This document shows positions 1-11,972 of a stretch of 64,000 bases of DNA, in pieces; position 1 is the stretch's first letter, and every line of letters begins with the position of its first letter. The notes beneath the pieces were generated by a model. It worked only from the letters and a program-made list of their open reading frames with translations. It did not search any database and had not been told where the DNA came from. The stretch spans positions 77,748,001 through 77,812,000 of the forward strand of contig NC_042997.1 of NCBI RefSeq assembly GCF_006345805.1, given 5' to 3'. A program made the position numbers and the translations under genes. Origin of the DNA: Octopus sinensis (taxonomy: Eukaryota).

Positions 1-1619
1 GTATCAAATAATGTATTCTTTCAATGTATGTCGGCTAATCTCAATGAAAGTTTCTGAACGGTGGCTTAACCTACTGGAAATAGCAACAAATCTCACTTTT
101 TTTATTAAATATGTAACTCATCTTGTTTAGAAACAAGTAAGAGTTGGTGACAGGGAGGATAGCTAACTAGAAAATCTGCCTTAATAAACTGTCATGCAAG
201 CACAGAAAACTGGATGTTAAATTAAAACAATAATGAAGAGGAGAAGAATATATTAATTACATAAACTAGGTAAAAACTGCCAGAAGAGAAACTGTTACAC
301 TGAGAATATATAATGAAACGCTCTAAGAGTGTTTCATGTTTGAAAACACAGCATTTGTACTTGATGCTAATTATACACTACATTAGATTTAGAAAATACT
401 TAGTTCATGAGATATAAGGTGTTTATATGATTGGGGATTTCCTCATAGCTGGAGGCAGTGTGTTCTATATTTGGTATCATTTTTCATAACTATTAACCCA
501 ATACTAACTGGTACAGGGTGAAACTTGAGACAGTTCTAGAGAGTAAGGAGGCAAGGTATTCAAGTAGATGTGTAAGTCAAGTTTTTAAGAGTGTGTGGAC
601 CTGTAGCAGCAAAATATCAAGTACACTTATATTTCAAGATTTTTAAGAATAAGTGTTTCCGTTAGCAAAGACATGTAGGCAAACAAATATAGGAAATGTA
701 TTATAACAGGTAATTATGGCAATAATACCACCTTCTGGTGCTATTCATGAGACAATATGAAGAAGGAATTATTAAAGTCAGTTTTGGAAGTCACAATGGA
801 ATTTATCAACGTTACTTCCCAATATTTTTATGGTACACAGAGTAAGCGACATATTCTTAACCAGTTGCCTGGTATGTTGGTTGAAAGTCATTTGTTTATT
901 CAAAATAACACTTTTTAGTAATTTTTAGTTTGAGATACGGATCATTCAATAATTTGATGATTAACAGTTGACAAGTGTCTGACATTAGAGAAAGTTTTCA
1001 AATGATTTACAAACTTTATGATCATCTACATCGAAGCATATGCTATTCTAGAAAGAAATGAAATGAATATATAAAGTTAAAGAGGATAGAACTCACTACT
1101 GAGGATCTTTAGTATAGGAATAACACTACATATTATGGTATTGGCTATAAAGTCAGTTAATTACAACCACTATTTGAGAAAAACCATTTACATAAGCAAA
1201 CTATTGTTTAAGTCCTTCCAAAGAAATGTTTCAGATAAATTTAACATCAGGTGATACAAACAAAGATTATTATGGGCATCAAGCTGAAAAATATTACAGA
1301 TGTGTTCTTCTTTATATGACCTGCTCATAGAGGAAATGCAAGCAATTGACAAATAGTTTGGATAATTTCATATGCTGTAGAGAGAAAAAGATACTGATGT
1401 TTGGGACTGGGAAATAATTTTTTTTAAATATTCTTTCTCAGATGAAGAATGAGTTAGAAAACGTCAGTATCCTCTTCCTTCCATAGTATAAAATACTTAT
1501 CCTAACTCACAAAATTTATTATAAAATTTTTACCTATCTAGACCATGAAAGGTTTCCTCAGATGCAGAGATATTAATTTTTTTCATGATAGAAACCATAG
1601 TTAGATCTGTTTGACATTC

Positions 1620-4600
1620 TATTACACCAGTTCTTAAATTTGTGTTGACAATTTTTACTAAGAATACAACAATATTGTATTCTTACATGAACATGAACAA
1701 GGGCGGAAACCACCTGCCAAAAGTAAAAGGAAAGGACTATGCACCACCTGCCCCAAAACAGAGGTACGCAGATGTAGTGCGTGTTACAAACCATCAACAT
1801 ATTATTGAAAGGGCAGCTGCTTGACAAGAATCTTTTTTGTGCATGGCACAAAAGATTGTACAGCAGCTAACCTGGCTCCATCAAACTCAAACTCACAGAT
1901 GGGACTATCCACAATACACAACCACCACAGTAAATAGACCCAAGGTGGACACCACTGGCAACAACACACACATCACCTCGATGCTCCTACTGAACATCAG
2001 AGGACTGCTAACACTCAGTAACAGGACAAAAATCCCTTTCTTGAGAGACCTTGTTTCATGCAATCAAGCCTTATGCATAGCACTTACGGAAACACACCTG
2101 AAACCAGATATAGCAGATGCGGAAATACACATACCACAGTATGTTGTAATACGGACCAACAGAAAAGAAAGGAGTCATGGTGAAGGTGCTGTGTACATCC
2201 GTGAGGACCTCACACCTCAAGTCCTTTTGTCATACTCAAATTCGGTGTGTGACACACTAATTGTACATATAAGGCAACTCGGTGTAGTTATATGTACTAC
2301 ATATCGCCCTCCAGATGCTCCAAGTCATGTAGACAAGTTTGAAGACTGCCTTACAAAAGTAGAAGAAGTTCTAGTCACAACACATAAGTGTACTTCTTAT
2401 GGGAGACTTCAATCTGCCCAATGTTGGATGGCCCGAGGGCCTTTCTCTCCCAGGAATGACACGATACGAACGAGGACAGGTGAGGTCCCTCCTGAACCTC
2501 ATCAACACTCTGTGCTTGGAGCAAATAATACTCCAACCAACCAAGGCAGGTAACATACTGGATCTCTGCTTCACAAATAATATGGATCTCATCCATAATG
2601 TGAAAGTGACACCGACGCTACTCTCGGATCACAACATGGTAGAGCTGACCACGTATGGGCCAAAGGAAAGCATGGACATGCAGCCTACAAGAAACTCCCA
2701 GAATCTTTCCAGCTTGAACTTCAATAAGGCAAACTGGAAACAAATTGAGAAAGAGATCTTCAAACAAAACTGGTCTAAATGTCTCTCCTCACCAGACATC
2801 GACATGATACTTCAACAATTCATGTCTGTAATGCAAGCCAAATGCTACAAATGTGTCCCAGAGAGAAAGGCCACTGTACACAAGAACAAAATCCCCAGAG
2901 AGGAAAATTCTTATGAGACCGCGTACAGAAATCTCAAATCGCCTAAACAAACAAATTGAAAGCAGTGAAAAGTCCCGCCTGAAAATAAAACTGCTGGAAA
3001 TTGAAAAATGTCTGCAACTCTCCCATGAAAAAGAAAGAGCAAACAAAGAAGCCTGGGCTATAGACAACATAAAATCTAATCTCAGAGCTTTCTACAAGTT
3101 TGCCAAAGAAACAGCTGCAGTGCACTGTAGGATAGGGCCACTCCTTGAAAAAGATGGTACACTCACAGGAAATCCAATGAGGATAAGTGAAATACTAAAT
3201 GAGCAATTAAAAAGTATTTTCACTCCACCCCTAGGGCATTTCCAAATCACCAATCCAACTGACTTCTTTACCACTGCAGATATAAAATCAGAGGCAACGA
3301 TGATTGATTACATCAATATAAAGGAAGACGATGTAATAAGGGCTATAGATGAAATGAACCCAAACTCAGCTACTGGCCCCGATGGATTCCCAGCAATCCT
3401 TCTAAAAGTATGTAAGAGAGTCCTAGCAAGACCACTGCAGTTCCTCTTTCAGAGCTTCCTTGCAACTGGCAAACTTCCAAGAAAACTGAAGGAGGGTAAA
3501 ATATGCCCTATTCATAAAGGAGGTAGCAGAGCGGAGGTCAAGAATTACAGACCTATCTCTCTGACCTCACACATCAGCAAGGTCATGGAACAAATAGTCA
3601 GAACTGATCGCCTTCCTTGAAAAAAATGACTTGCTGCCTGACACCCAACATGGTTTCCGACCAGGAAGAAGCTGCCTAACTCATCTCCTACAACTGGGTG
3701 CTGAAACAACTGCTCAACCACTCAAATGTGGAAGTGATATATCTCGACTTTGCAAAGGCCTTTGATAAAGTCCATCATGGAATGATATGTCACAAACTGC
3801 GTGATCTTGGCATAGTTGGAAAATTGGGAGAATGGCTTCATGACTTTCTGAAGGATAGAGTCAGGTGGTAGTAGCCAATGGGGCCACCTCCAATAACACG
3901 CAAATAGTGAGCGGTGTTCCGCAAGGCACTGTTTTGGGACCACTGCTGTTCATAATGGCCCTCTCAGCCATGCAGAGAGCCACGATCACAAGTTATGCAG
4001 ATGATACAAAAGTTTCACAAGTAATACAGAAACCTGAAGACAAGTTTCAAGCTTTATGCTATCAGCATGCAAAACTAAATGCAATACCCAATAAATACAC
4101 TGGACCTGGAGGGATTGCAATCCCAGAGGCACAATCAGTGCGAGACCTAGGTATTTACATGAGTAATGATGCAACCTTTCATGTGCATGTTGCTAAATTG
4201 GCAATGAAATGTAGGCGCCAGACCGGATGGATTCTTAGAGCTTTTAGAACAAGAGACCAGGAAACCATGATGATCCTCTGGAGGACACTTATCCTAAACC
4301 ACTTTGAGTATTGCTCTCAGCTATGGTCACTATCCAGTGTCAAATTAATCTCAGAACTTGAGGCGATCCATCGAAGCTATACGAAGAAGATAGCCTCTGT
4401 GCAGCATATAAGCTCAAGAGATTAGGACTCTATTCCTTAGAGTGTAGGCGAGAAAGATATGCCATAATATACATCTGGAAGATCCTTGAAGGACTTGTCC
4501 CAAACTCTGGCATCGAGAGTTACACAAATACTAGAACTGGGCGCCACTGCATAGTGTCAAGGACTCCAAATTTGCCATCAAGATGCAGGACAAGATACTG

Positions 4601-4895
4601 TGATAGCCTGGGCTTCAGAGGTCCACAGCTCTTCAATATCCTCCCGAAGGACCTGAGAGACCTGCATGGGGTGAATGCAGATGTCTTTAAAATAAAGCTG
4701 GATCTCTTCCCGTCGGGTGTCCCAGATGAACCAACTTCACGGCAGGAGGTGCAGATGAGGGCAGCTGCATCGAACTCTCTCATGCGCCAAATGTCAATTG
4801 CTAAAAAGCATTCGTGAAGTAAAATCATGTAGCAACACCGAATGGCGGTGCCCCAGCATGGCCACAGCTCGTGAGCTGAAACTAGATTAAATATA
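1620..4895 (+). mobile_element. Degenerate CR1/L2-group LINE (ORF1 tail + APE-RT ORF2, frameshifted)
   Basis: APE motifs LLLNIRGL, IALTETHL, YRPP, GDFNLP, SDHN. RT motifs GPDG, YRPISLTSHISKVME, YLDFAKAFDK, GVPQGTVLGPLLF, YADD. Split over ORFs 1837-2553, 2399-2959, 2853-3620, 3865-4425, 4554-4817. 3' tail GGCGGTGCCCCAGCATGGCC then AT-rich repeat. Confidence 0.93.
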
Positions 4896-4961
4896 AATAT
4901 AATATATATATATATGTGTGTATATATATATATATATTTATATATATGTATATATGTATAT

Positions 4962-6421
4962 TGTTACGGAATCACCTGCCGCCGCCCGGTCGATCAGCGA
5001 ATGTTTTCGCCACGGAAACTCGGAGAGGAGAGATAGATACAACAACAACAACAGCAGCAGCAGCACAGAGGCAATCGAGAGAGACACAAAGAGGCAAGGC
5101 ACAACTGACCCATCCGTGATCTCAAGCTCCTGCCGATCTGCCCACAGGCCCTGTCGCCTCTCGTCCATCCTTTCTAAGAATGTGTTCGTCTGCGCCATCT
5201 GGCCCCTCAACATCTTTACAATCAAGGCAAGCGAGATCTCTTCCTCCCCGGTCTGACAACCAGATGAATCCACAGCGAAAAAGCCGATCGAGCGCAGCAA
5301 TCAGGACAATCCCACTTCTGACACCAACTGTTACGGAATCACCTGCCGTTGCCCGGTCGATCAGCGAATGTTTTCGCCACGGAAACTCGGAGAGGAGAGA
5401 TAGATACAACAACAGCAGCAGCAGCAGCACAGAGGCAATCGAGAGAGACACAAAGAGGTAAGGCACAACTGGCTTACATTTAACAACTAGTTTATATGAC
5501 AATCAATTGTTACAACATCAATTACATTTAAAGATACATCAGGTAAATACAAGCAAGTAACAGAATCAACACATCATACAGGTATACCACAGATCAAAAC
5601 ATTTAAACATGCAGATACAATATAACCGTCCGGTAACAACACATCAAGTTGAATACATCAGCATTTCAAGAGTACACGTCCGAAGACACAGTTCTATTTC
5701 AAAACACATTAAAGGCATATACAGTTCGAAGGACATTAAAGGCCTAACAGTTCAATGTTCATTATACAATGTTCAAATCACAACACTATACACAATGTCC
5801 TTACACATTTCACATTGTTCATTAAATTCCTTTTTACTGTCTCATTTCTTTTCACTGTTCAATACATCGATTCCTTGTCCTTCTTTTTCTTCACATATCA
5901 ATATACAATTCACGTACCTTACATTAGCCAACGCCTCATATTGTACCTCATCTCTCTCAGTACTGCTAGCTCCAACTTGCCAAGCTCTTGCCCTGAATTC
6001 CCAAATCCTCGCTCCTAAGTCCAACCGCTCGCTTTGACGACCAAAATCCGACCATTGTTCTATCACTACCCTCAATCTGTCTCAGCACTGCTAACACTCT
6101 CTCTATCTGCTCTCAGCCCTATCTGCCTATCTTTATTGGCGCTGCTGCTGTCACTCTCTCATGACAGCTCTCAGATCCCTTACTCTGTCTTTCTCACTAC
6201 TTACTTCTTCCTCTTCTTCACTGTCACTAGATTCTTCCTTACTCTATCTTCCTTGGCCCTCACATCTCTCTGACCCCTAATCGACCGGCACAAGGCCAAA
6301 GGTCCCTCCAAAAGCCATTAGTCTTCCAGTAAACAAAGGGCTGTAACTTTTTATTCCAGACTTTCCGTCTCCACTCTCAACAAAGTAGGTCAAGAAATAC
6401 TGTACCAGCTGAACCACAACA
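4962..6421 (-). mobile_element. Internally deleted Gypsy-type LTR retrotransposon (full 5' LTR 5329-6421, PBS, gag stub, partial 3' LTR 4962-5107)
   Basis: About 145-bp direct repeat at 4962-5107 and 5329-5471. Minus-strand termini TGTTGTGG...CCGTAACA. ATAT on both flanks (4958-4961, 6422-6425) = 4-bp TSD. PBS lies 2 nt from the LTR end. Confidence 0.85.
5308..5326 (-). promoter_or_regulatory. Primer binding site complementary to the tRNA-Leu(CAA) 3' end
   Basis: Plus strand AATCCCACTTCTGACACCA matches the 3' 19 nt (incl. CCA) of metazoan tRNA-Leu(CAA). Minus strand reads TGGTGTCAGAAGTGGGATT after LTR ...CA + GT. Confidence 0.85.
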
Positions 6422-6434
6422 ATATGTATGTGTG

Positions 6435-6582
6435 GTGCGGGTGGCACATAAAAAGCACCCACTACACTCACGGAGTGGTTGGCGTTAGGAAGGGCATCCA
6501 GCCGTAGAAACACTGCTAGATCTGACTGGGCCTGATGCGGCCTTCCGGCTTCACAGACCCCAGTTGAACCGTCCATGATGAT
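6435..6582 (+). mobile_element. Short 3' tail fragment of RTE LINE
   Basis: Reverse complement of 6625-6790; ends CCATGATGAT. Confidence 0.8.
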
Positions 6583-6591
6583 ATATATGTA

Positions 6592-7791
6592 TATCATCAT
6601 CATCATCATCGTTTAACGTCCGTTCTCCATGCTAGCATGGGTTGGACGGTTCGACCGGGGTTCTGGGAAGCCAGAAGGCTGCACCAGGCTCCAGTCTAAT
6701 CTGGCAATGTTTCTACAGCTGGATGCCCTTCCTAACGCCAACCACTCCGTGAGTGTAGTGGGTGCTTTTTACGTGCCACCTGCACAGGTGCCAGGCGAGG
6801 CTGGCAAAGGCCACAGTCGGATTGGTGTATTTTATGTGCCACCGGCAAGGAAGCCAGTCGAGGCGGTGCTGGCATCGGCCACGAGTCGGATAGTGCTTTT
6901 TACGTACCACCAGACCAGGGATCCTGGCTGGTTCAATTCGATTTCGATTTCGCTTGCCCCAACATGTCTTCACAAGCAAAGGGGGTTGGCATGGGTGCCT
7001 GTCGTACGGTCGCATTGGAGTATTTTACGTGCCACGGCCACGAGTCGGATAGTGCTTTTTACGTACCACCAGACCAGGGATCCTGGCTGGTTCAATTCGA
7101 TTTCGCTTGCCCCAACATGTCTTCACAAGCAAAGGGGGTTGGCATGGGTGCCTGTCGTACGGTCGCATTGGAGTATTTTACGTGCCACGGCCACGGGTCG
7201 GATAGTGCTTTTTACGTACCACCAGGCCAGGGATCCTGGCTGGTTCAATTCGGTTTCGATTTCGATTTTGCTTGCCCCAACATGTCTTCGCAAGCAGGGG
7301 GGGTTGGCATGGGTGTCTGTCGTCGGATGAGGTTCTATATCGACTTCGCTTGCCTCAACAGGTCTTTGTGTCCAAGGGAGGAAAGGCATTCATAAGTGGG
7401 CTGGGCTCACTTGTCCTGCCTGGTCTTCTCACATACAGAATATTTCCAAAGGTCTCGGTCGCTGGTCATTTCCTCAGTGAGGCCTAAAGTTCGAAGGTCG
7501 TGCTTCACCACCTCGTCCCAGGTTTTCCTGGGTCTACCCCGTCCACGGGTTCCCTCAACTGCTAGGGATTGGCACTTTCTCACACACCTATCTTCATCCA
7601 TTCTCGCCACATGACCATACCAGCACAAACGTCTCTCTTGCACACCACAACTGATGCTTCTTAGGTACAACATTTCTCTCAAGGTGCTAACGCTCTGTCG
7701 AGTATGTACACTGACATTACACATCCATCGGAGCATACTGGCTTCATTCCTCACGAGCTTACGCATGTCCTCAGCAGTCACGGCCCATGTT

Positions 7792-7795
<4 letters not shown>
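6592..7795 (-). mobile_element. 5'-truncated RTE LINE (C-terminal ORF + 3' UTR, (TGA)n tail)
   Basis: ORF 7407-7790 has the RTE C-terminus MLRWMCNV...RRLCWYGHVARM...GRGRPRKTW; (TCA)n tail at about 6594-6611. Confidence 0.9.
6878..7330. repeat. Three tandem copies of a 140-155-bp module in the RTE 3' UTR
   Basis: GGCCACG(A/G)GTCGGATAGTGCTTTTTACGTACCACCAG...GGCATGGGTG repeated at about 6878, 7036 and 7188. Confidence 0.85.
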
Positions 7796-7837
<42 letters not shown>

Positions 7838-7839
<2 letters not shown>

Positions 7840-8704
7840 TAAACAGTAAAAATAATTACAGACATGGACAAGAACATGAAACACCACAGAGACGACACAA
7901 GAACCACAGGACGGGACATTCGAAGCCCTCAGTCATCAGTCAAGAACCAGATCATCTTAGCAATTTCGGCTGATTAATCTTGAGATTGCTCCGATATGGC
8001 CAGCCCGCCAAGGGAAATCTAAGCCAAGCGCATTAGATCCCCTGGAAGAAAGCTTCGAATGTATACAACACGAGGACGGAAAACGAACGAAGTACACACA
8101 CGAACAAAAATACAGAATACGTGACACCAATAAGAATACAAAAACGTAAAAACAATAACGGTAAAAATAAAAATAAAAAATAAACAACAAAACAAAACCA
8201 GGACGTAGGACAAGGGTCTTTCGACAGGACGAGTTGAGTATGGGGCTGGCTTGTGAAGTTGTGCCTAATGGCCGCAGGGAGACGAACAAATACGTGTTGC
8301 TTCTGCGACTGCTGAAATGAAAAGAGCGCTCAACAGCGGCTAGCGGTCACGTGAGAACAAAAGACAGGAGAAAGGGACAGATGAAAAGAGAGAGAAGGTG
8401 GACGAGGGAGGAGAAGAAAGAGACAAATCGAGGGGGCTGGAGGTGAGAGAGATAGAGAAACGTAGAAGGGGGGGAAGACGGATGGAGAGGGAAAGAAAGG
8501 AAGGGGAATAAGGGAGGAGAGAGAGAGAGAGAGAAAGAGACAGATTAAGAGTCGTATCAATGCTAGAGAAAAAATATACTTATCGTATAAGGACAATTGT
8601 GGATACGTAGCCGCCGATTATATAGGTAAACAGTAAAAATAATTACAGACATGGACAAGAACATGAAACACCACAGAGACGACACAAGAACCACAGGACG
8701 GGAC

Positions 8705-8707
<3 letters not shown>
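7838..8707. mobile_element. Unclassified non-coding element with 83-bp terminal direct repeats, inserted in (TA)n
   Basis: Identical 83-bp repeats at 7838-7920 and 8625-8707, each preceded by TATA; period 787 bp; internal GA-rich tract; flanked by TA microsatellites. Confidence 0.75.
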
Positions 8708-8751
<44 letters not shown>

Positions 8752-8903
8752 ATATGTATGTATATATATATATATATGTATACATATGTATATGTATATA
8801 TATATGTATATATATGTATGTATATATATATGTATGTATATGTAGGTATATATATGTATGTATATATATGTGTGTGTGTGTGTATGTATATATATATATA
8901 TAT
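8708..8903. repeat. (TA)n/(TG)n/(TATG)n compound microsatellite
   Basis: Direct inspection. Confidence 0.95.
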
Positions 8904-9294
8904 ACTAGCAGTATCACCTGGTGTTGCTTGGGTTTGTTTCGACCCTTTAGAATTGGAACTTTTGAAAAGTAAAAATTTTGCATTATGCAACTTGTTATTC
9001 TCTTAAAGTGAACATTTTTCCAGTTGAAATACACCGAAAAATGGTGACACAGTAGTCAAAAATCGTAAAAAATAGGGATTTTCATAGAAAAAAAGCACCT
9101 TTTTGATGTAAATAATTTTTGGTGTTAACACAGTCCGATTTGAATTTTATCTTCTACAGAATGAAGAGCAAGCCTTCTTCTATCATACTTTCAATTTTAG
9201 TCAACTTGTGCTGGAGGGTCTCGAAGGAAATAGTGTTAGTTGAAGGCTACCAAACCTGCCACACACAGACAACTTCAGCTTTATATATATCGAT
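8904..9294 (+). mobile_element. Non-autonomous Helentron/HINE-like element (copy 1)
   Basis: Starts ACTAGCAGTATC..., ends CACACACAGACAACTTCAGCTTTATATATAT. Second copy at 52876-54159. Termini resemble DINE-1/Lep1-type elements (family assignment inferred). Confidence 0.6.
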
Positions 9295-9671
9295 TTGCTA
9301 CACACTACTTTCCATCCTTAATAATGAAACTTGGTAGATCCAAAAGTTAAACACACAGACACACACACAAACACGCAAGTTGAGTTTTATATATATAGAT
9401 TTCTCAACGGGGATTTCAGGGGAGAGTTTCAGGGAGTCGCTGGCGATGTATCTTGATGATCAAAAATCCGGCCTGCTAAAATTTGGTTAAAGTGATTCAA
9501 ACTGCAGACTCAACGCAAAATGGTCACATTTAATTCAAAGCGTTAAAAATGTTATGAAAACAATTGGTATGTGTTCACAAAGTCCAAACGATTAAAACGA
9601 AAAAACCCTCCAGGCTACATCCCGAAAATTAATTTCTTTGCCGAATTTCTACAATGTTTATGACGATTCGT

Positions 9672-10213
9672 AATTAATCTCAGAACTTGAGGCGATCCAA
9701 CGAAGCTATACGAAGAAGATAGCCTCTGTGCAGCATATAAGCTATTGGGAGGCGAGAAAGATATGCCATAATATACATCTGGAAGATCCTGGAAAAACTT
9801 GTCCCAAACTTTGGCATCAAGAGTTACACAAATACTAGAACTGGGCACCACTGCATAGTGCCAAGGACTCCAAATTTGCCATCAAGATGCAGGACAAGAT
9901 ACTGTGATAGCCTGGGCTTCAGAGGTCCACAGCTCTTCAATATCCTCCCGAAGGACCTGAGAGACCTGCATGGGGTGGATGCAGATGTCTTTAAAATAAA
10001 GCTGGATCTCTTCCTGTCAGGTGTCCCAGATGAACCAACTTCACGGCAGGAGGTGCAGATGAGGGCAGCTCATCGAACTCTCTCATGCACCAAATGTCAA
10101 TTGCTAAAAAGCATTCGTGAAGTAAAATTATATAGCAACACCGAATGGTGGTGCCCCAGCACGGCCACAGCTCGTGAGCTGAAACTAGATAAAATATAAA
10201 TATAAAATAAAAT
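9672..10213 (+). mobile_element. 3' fragment of CR1/L2-group LINE, same family as 1620-4895
   Basis: Near-identical to 4345-4890 (PRTPNLPSRCRTRYCDSLGFRGPQLFNILP; shared tail). Confidence 0.92.
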
Positions 10214-11606
10214 ATCAGTGAGAAGAATTTTGAAAACTAAGAGGAATTTTATCATCTCTGCAATAGTTCAAATTAGATAATGAGAAAATATCCTTAAATT
10301 CCTGCTTATTTATTGGACTAAAGGTACTCAGAGGGCTATCACTGAGTATGATTTCATTATGGAAAATATCAGTAAATTGAAAATTAATTACTTTTAAAAT
10401 AACTTGTTTGCTCATGTTCATAATATCAAAGTGGATGGAATGCTACTTACAGCATTTTATCATAGAAACTAAGAAGTCTTTTTATTGAGTTTTGACAACT
10501 ATCAATTTCCATGCTTTCTATTCTTCAACAGTTACCTTAACACACAGAGCACAGTTTACAAAATGATTTTAGTTGGGGCTTGTTTCTATAGTATTCTTCT
10601 CCACATCCACACTATTCACTCCAGCTACTTGAAGACTGTATGATTTCTATTTGAAGAACAGACTCATAGGCCTCATGTTCTGTCATAGCTATTTCACATA
10701 GAATCTTATAAAGAATTAACCATCTCTTGTTACATTTGCATGAAATTAACCCAATATATAAGCATTACATTTGTCAAAAAGTATTTTCTGGAGCTGAAAA
10801 GTTACGAAATGTGCTCTAGCAGTTTGGTAATATTCATCTATGGATAATACTTTATGGCTTATAAGCAAAACCAAAATTCATTTACTTATAAGTTTCTAAT
10901 GTATTACAACCTATTCACAAACTTCTAACATTCATGCATAAATTTGAGCAAAAGAAAAAAAAAAAAATGTGCTATATTTCTAACTCTTAATTTTGTATAG
11001 CTACATTCACATTTTGTTTGATTACAACAAATGACTGGTACTTTGTTGATTCTGGCAGGATGAAATAAAATTAACATTGGTGAGACCTTAACTCAAAACA
11101 AAGGAACATGGCTAAATACCACAGTGCATTATCAATTTCATCATTCACTGTATAAAAACATTAAAAAAAACTCTCCTTCCATAGTCCTAAGAATGAGAGG
11201 AAACAAAGTAAGGTTATAGCAATTTTACATAAGCATCAATCCACAAATATCATGAACATTGACTTGAGTTTATAACATTCATGCTATTTTTGCATTAGGA
11301 ACATAAATGAAACGGATTTGTAGACACGTTTTTGGAACAATATCATTTTTAACTTTTACAAACGAAACCACCATCCCCATCGTCTATAATAAGGACATCT
11401 ACGAGGCAAGAATGTGACTGCTTGAACTAGCAATGAAACATCTCTCAAATATCAACAGTGGGATGTTACAGGTGGAATACCTTTTAATCATAGGTTTGTT
11501 TGATCAGGGCAAAAACAGTATCCTTGATGTAAAGTTCTCTGAATCGACGATAGACAGTATCTGTAACAAAGACTAAGGAAGGATAGCATGAGAAGTGACG
11601 CTATAC

Positions 11607-11640
<34 letters not shown>

Positions 11641-11939
11641 AGCGCGCGTGTATGTTAGAGACATGCTGTTGCTACGATCCAATGTTATCCCCACGGATAG
11701 AACTCTAATATATTGCAGTTTACATTCCTACATGCTAATTCCTACAACTAGATGATACACATACATTTATATGGAATATGTGAGTCATTCCCACCTGGTT
11801 CCATTATAAATTGGTCACACTTACAAACTCTTTAACAGACAGATAGACAGACACACACACACACCACATAGAAATATGCAGAGATGTACACGTGCATTCA
11901 GTCACATGTGTGTACGAATATCTACAGGTGCAAGCACAA

Positions 11940-11972
<33 letters not shown>

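Noticed and set aside
4860-4882. CAGC/GCTG-AAAC in LINE tails as hammerhead stem II + GAAAC
   Set aside because: No CUGANGA upstream.
6878-7330. Repeat arrays resembling CRISPR
   Set aside because: No unique spacers or cas genes; eukaryotic TE-internal tandem repeats.
7925-8010. CTGATGA and CAGCC-GAAA on the minus strand suggesting a permuted hammerhead
   Set aside because: Stem II pairing is out of register and no stem I or III can be formed.
10215-10800. Protein-like minus-strand fragments and a GTAAGT donor at 10450
   Set aside because: Frames are broken by stops and no consistent acceptor-donor pair was found.
11518-11525. GTATCCTT, a U12-type donor consensus
   Set aside because: No TCCTTAAC branch site near the candidate acceptors, and exon status is unproven.
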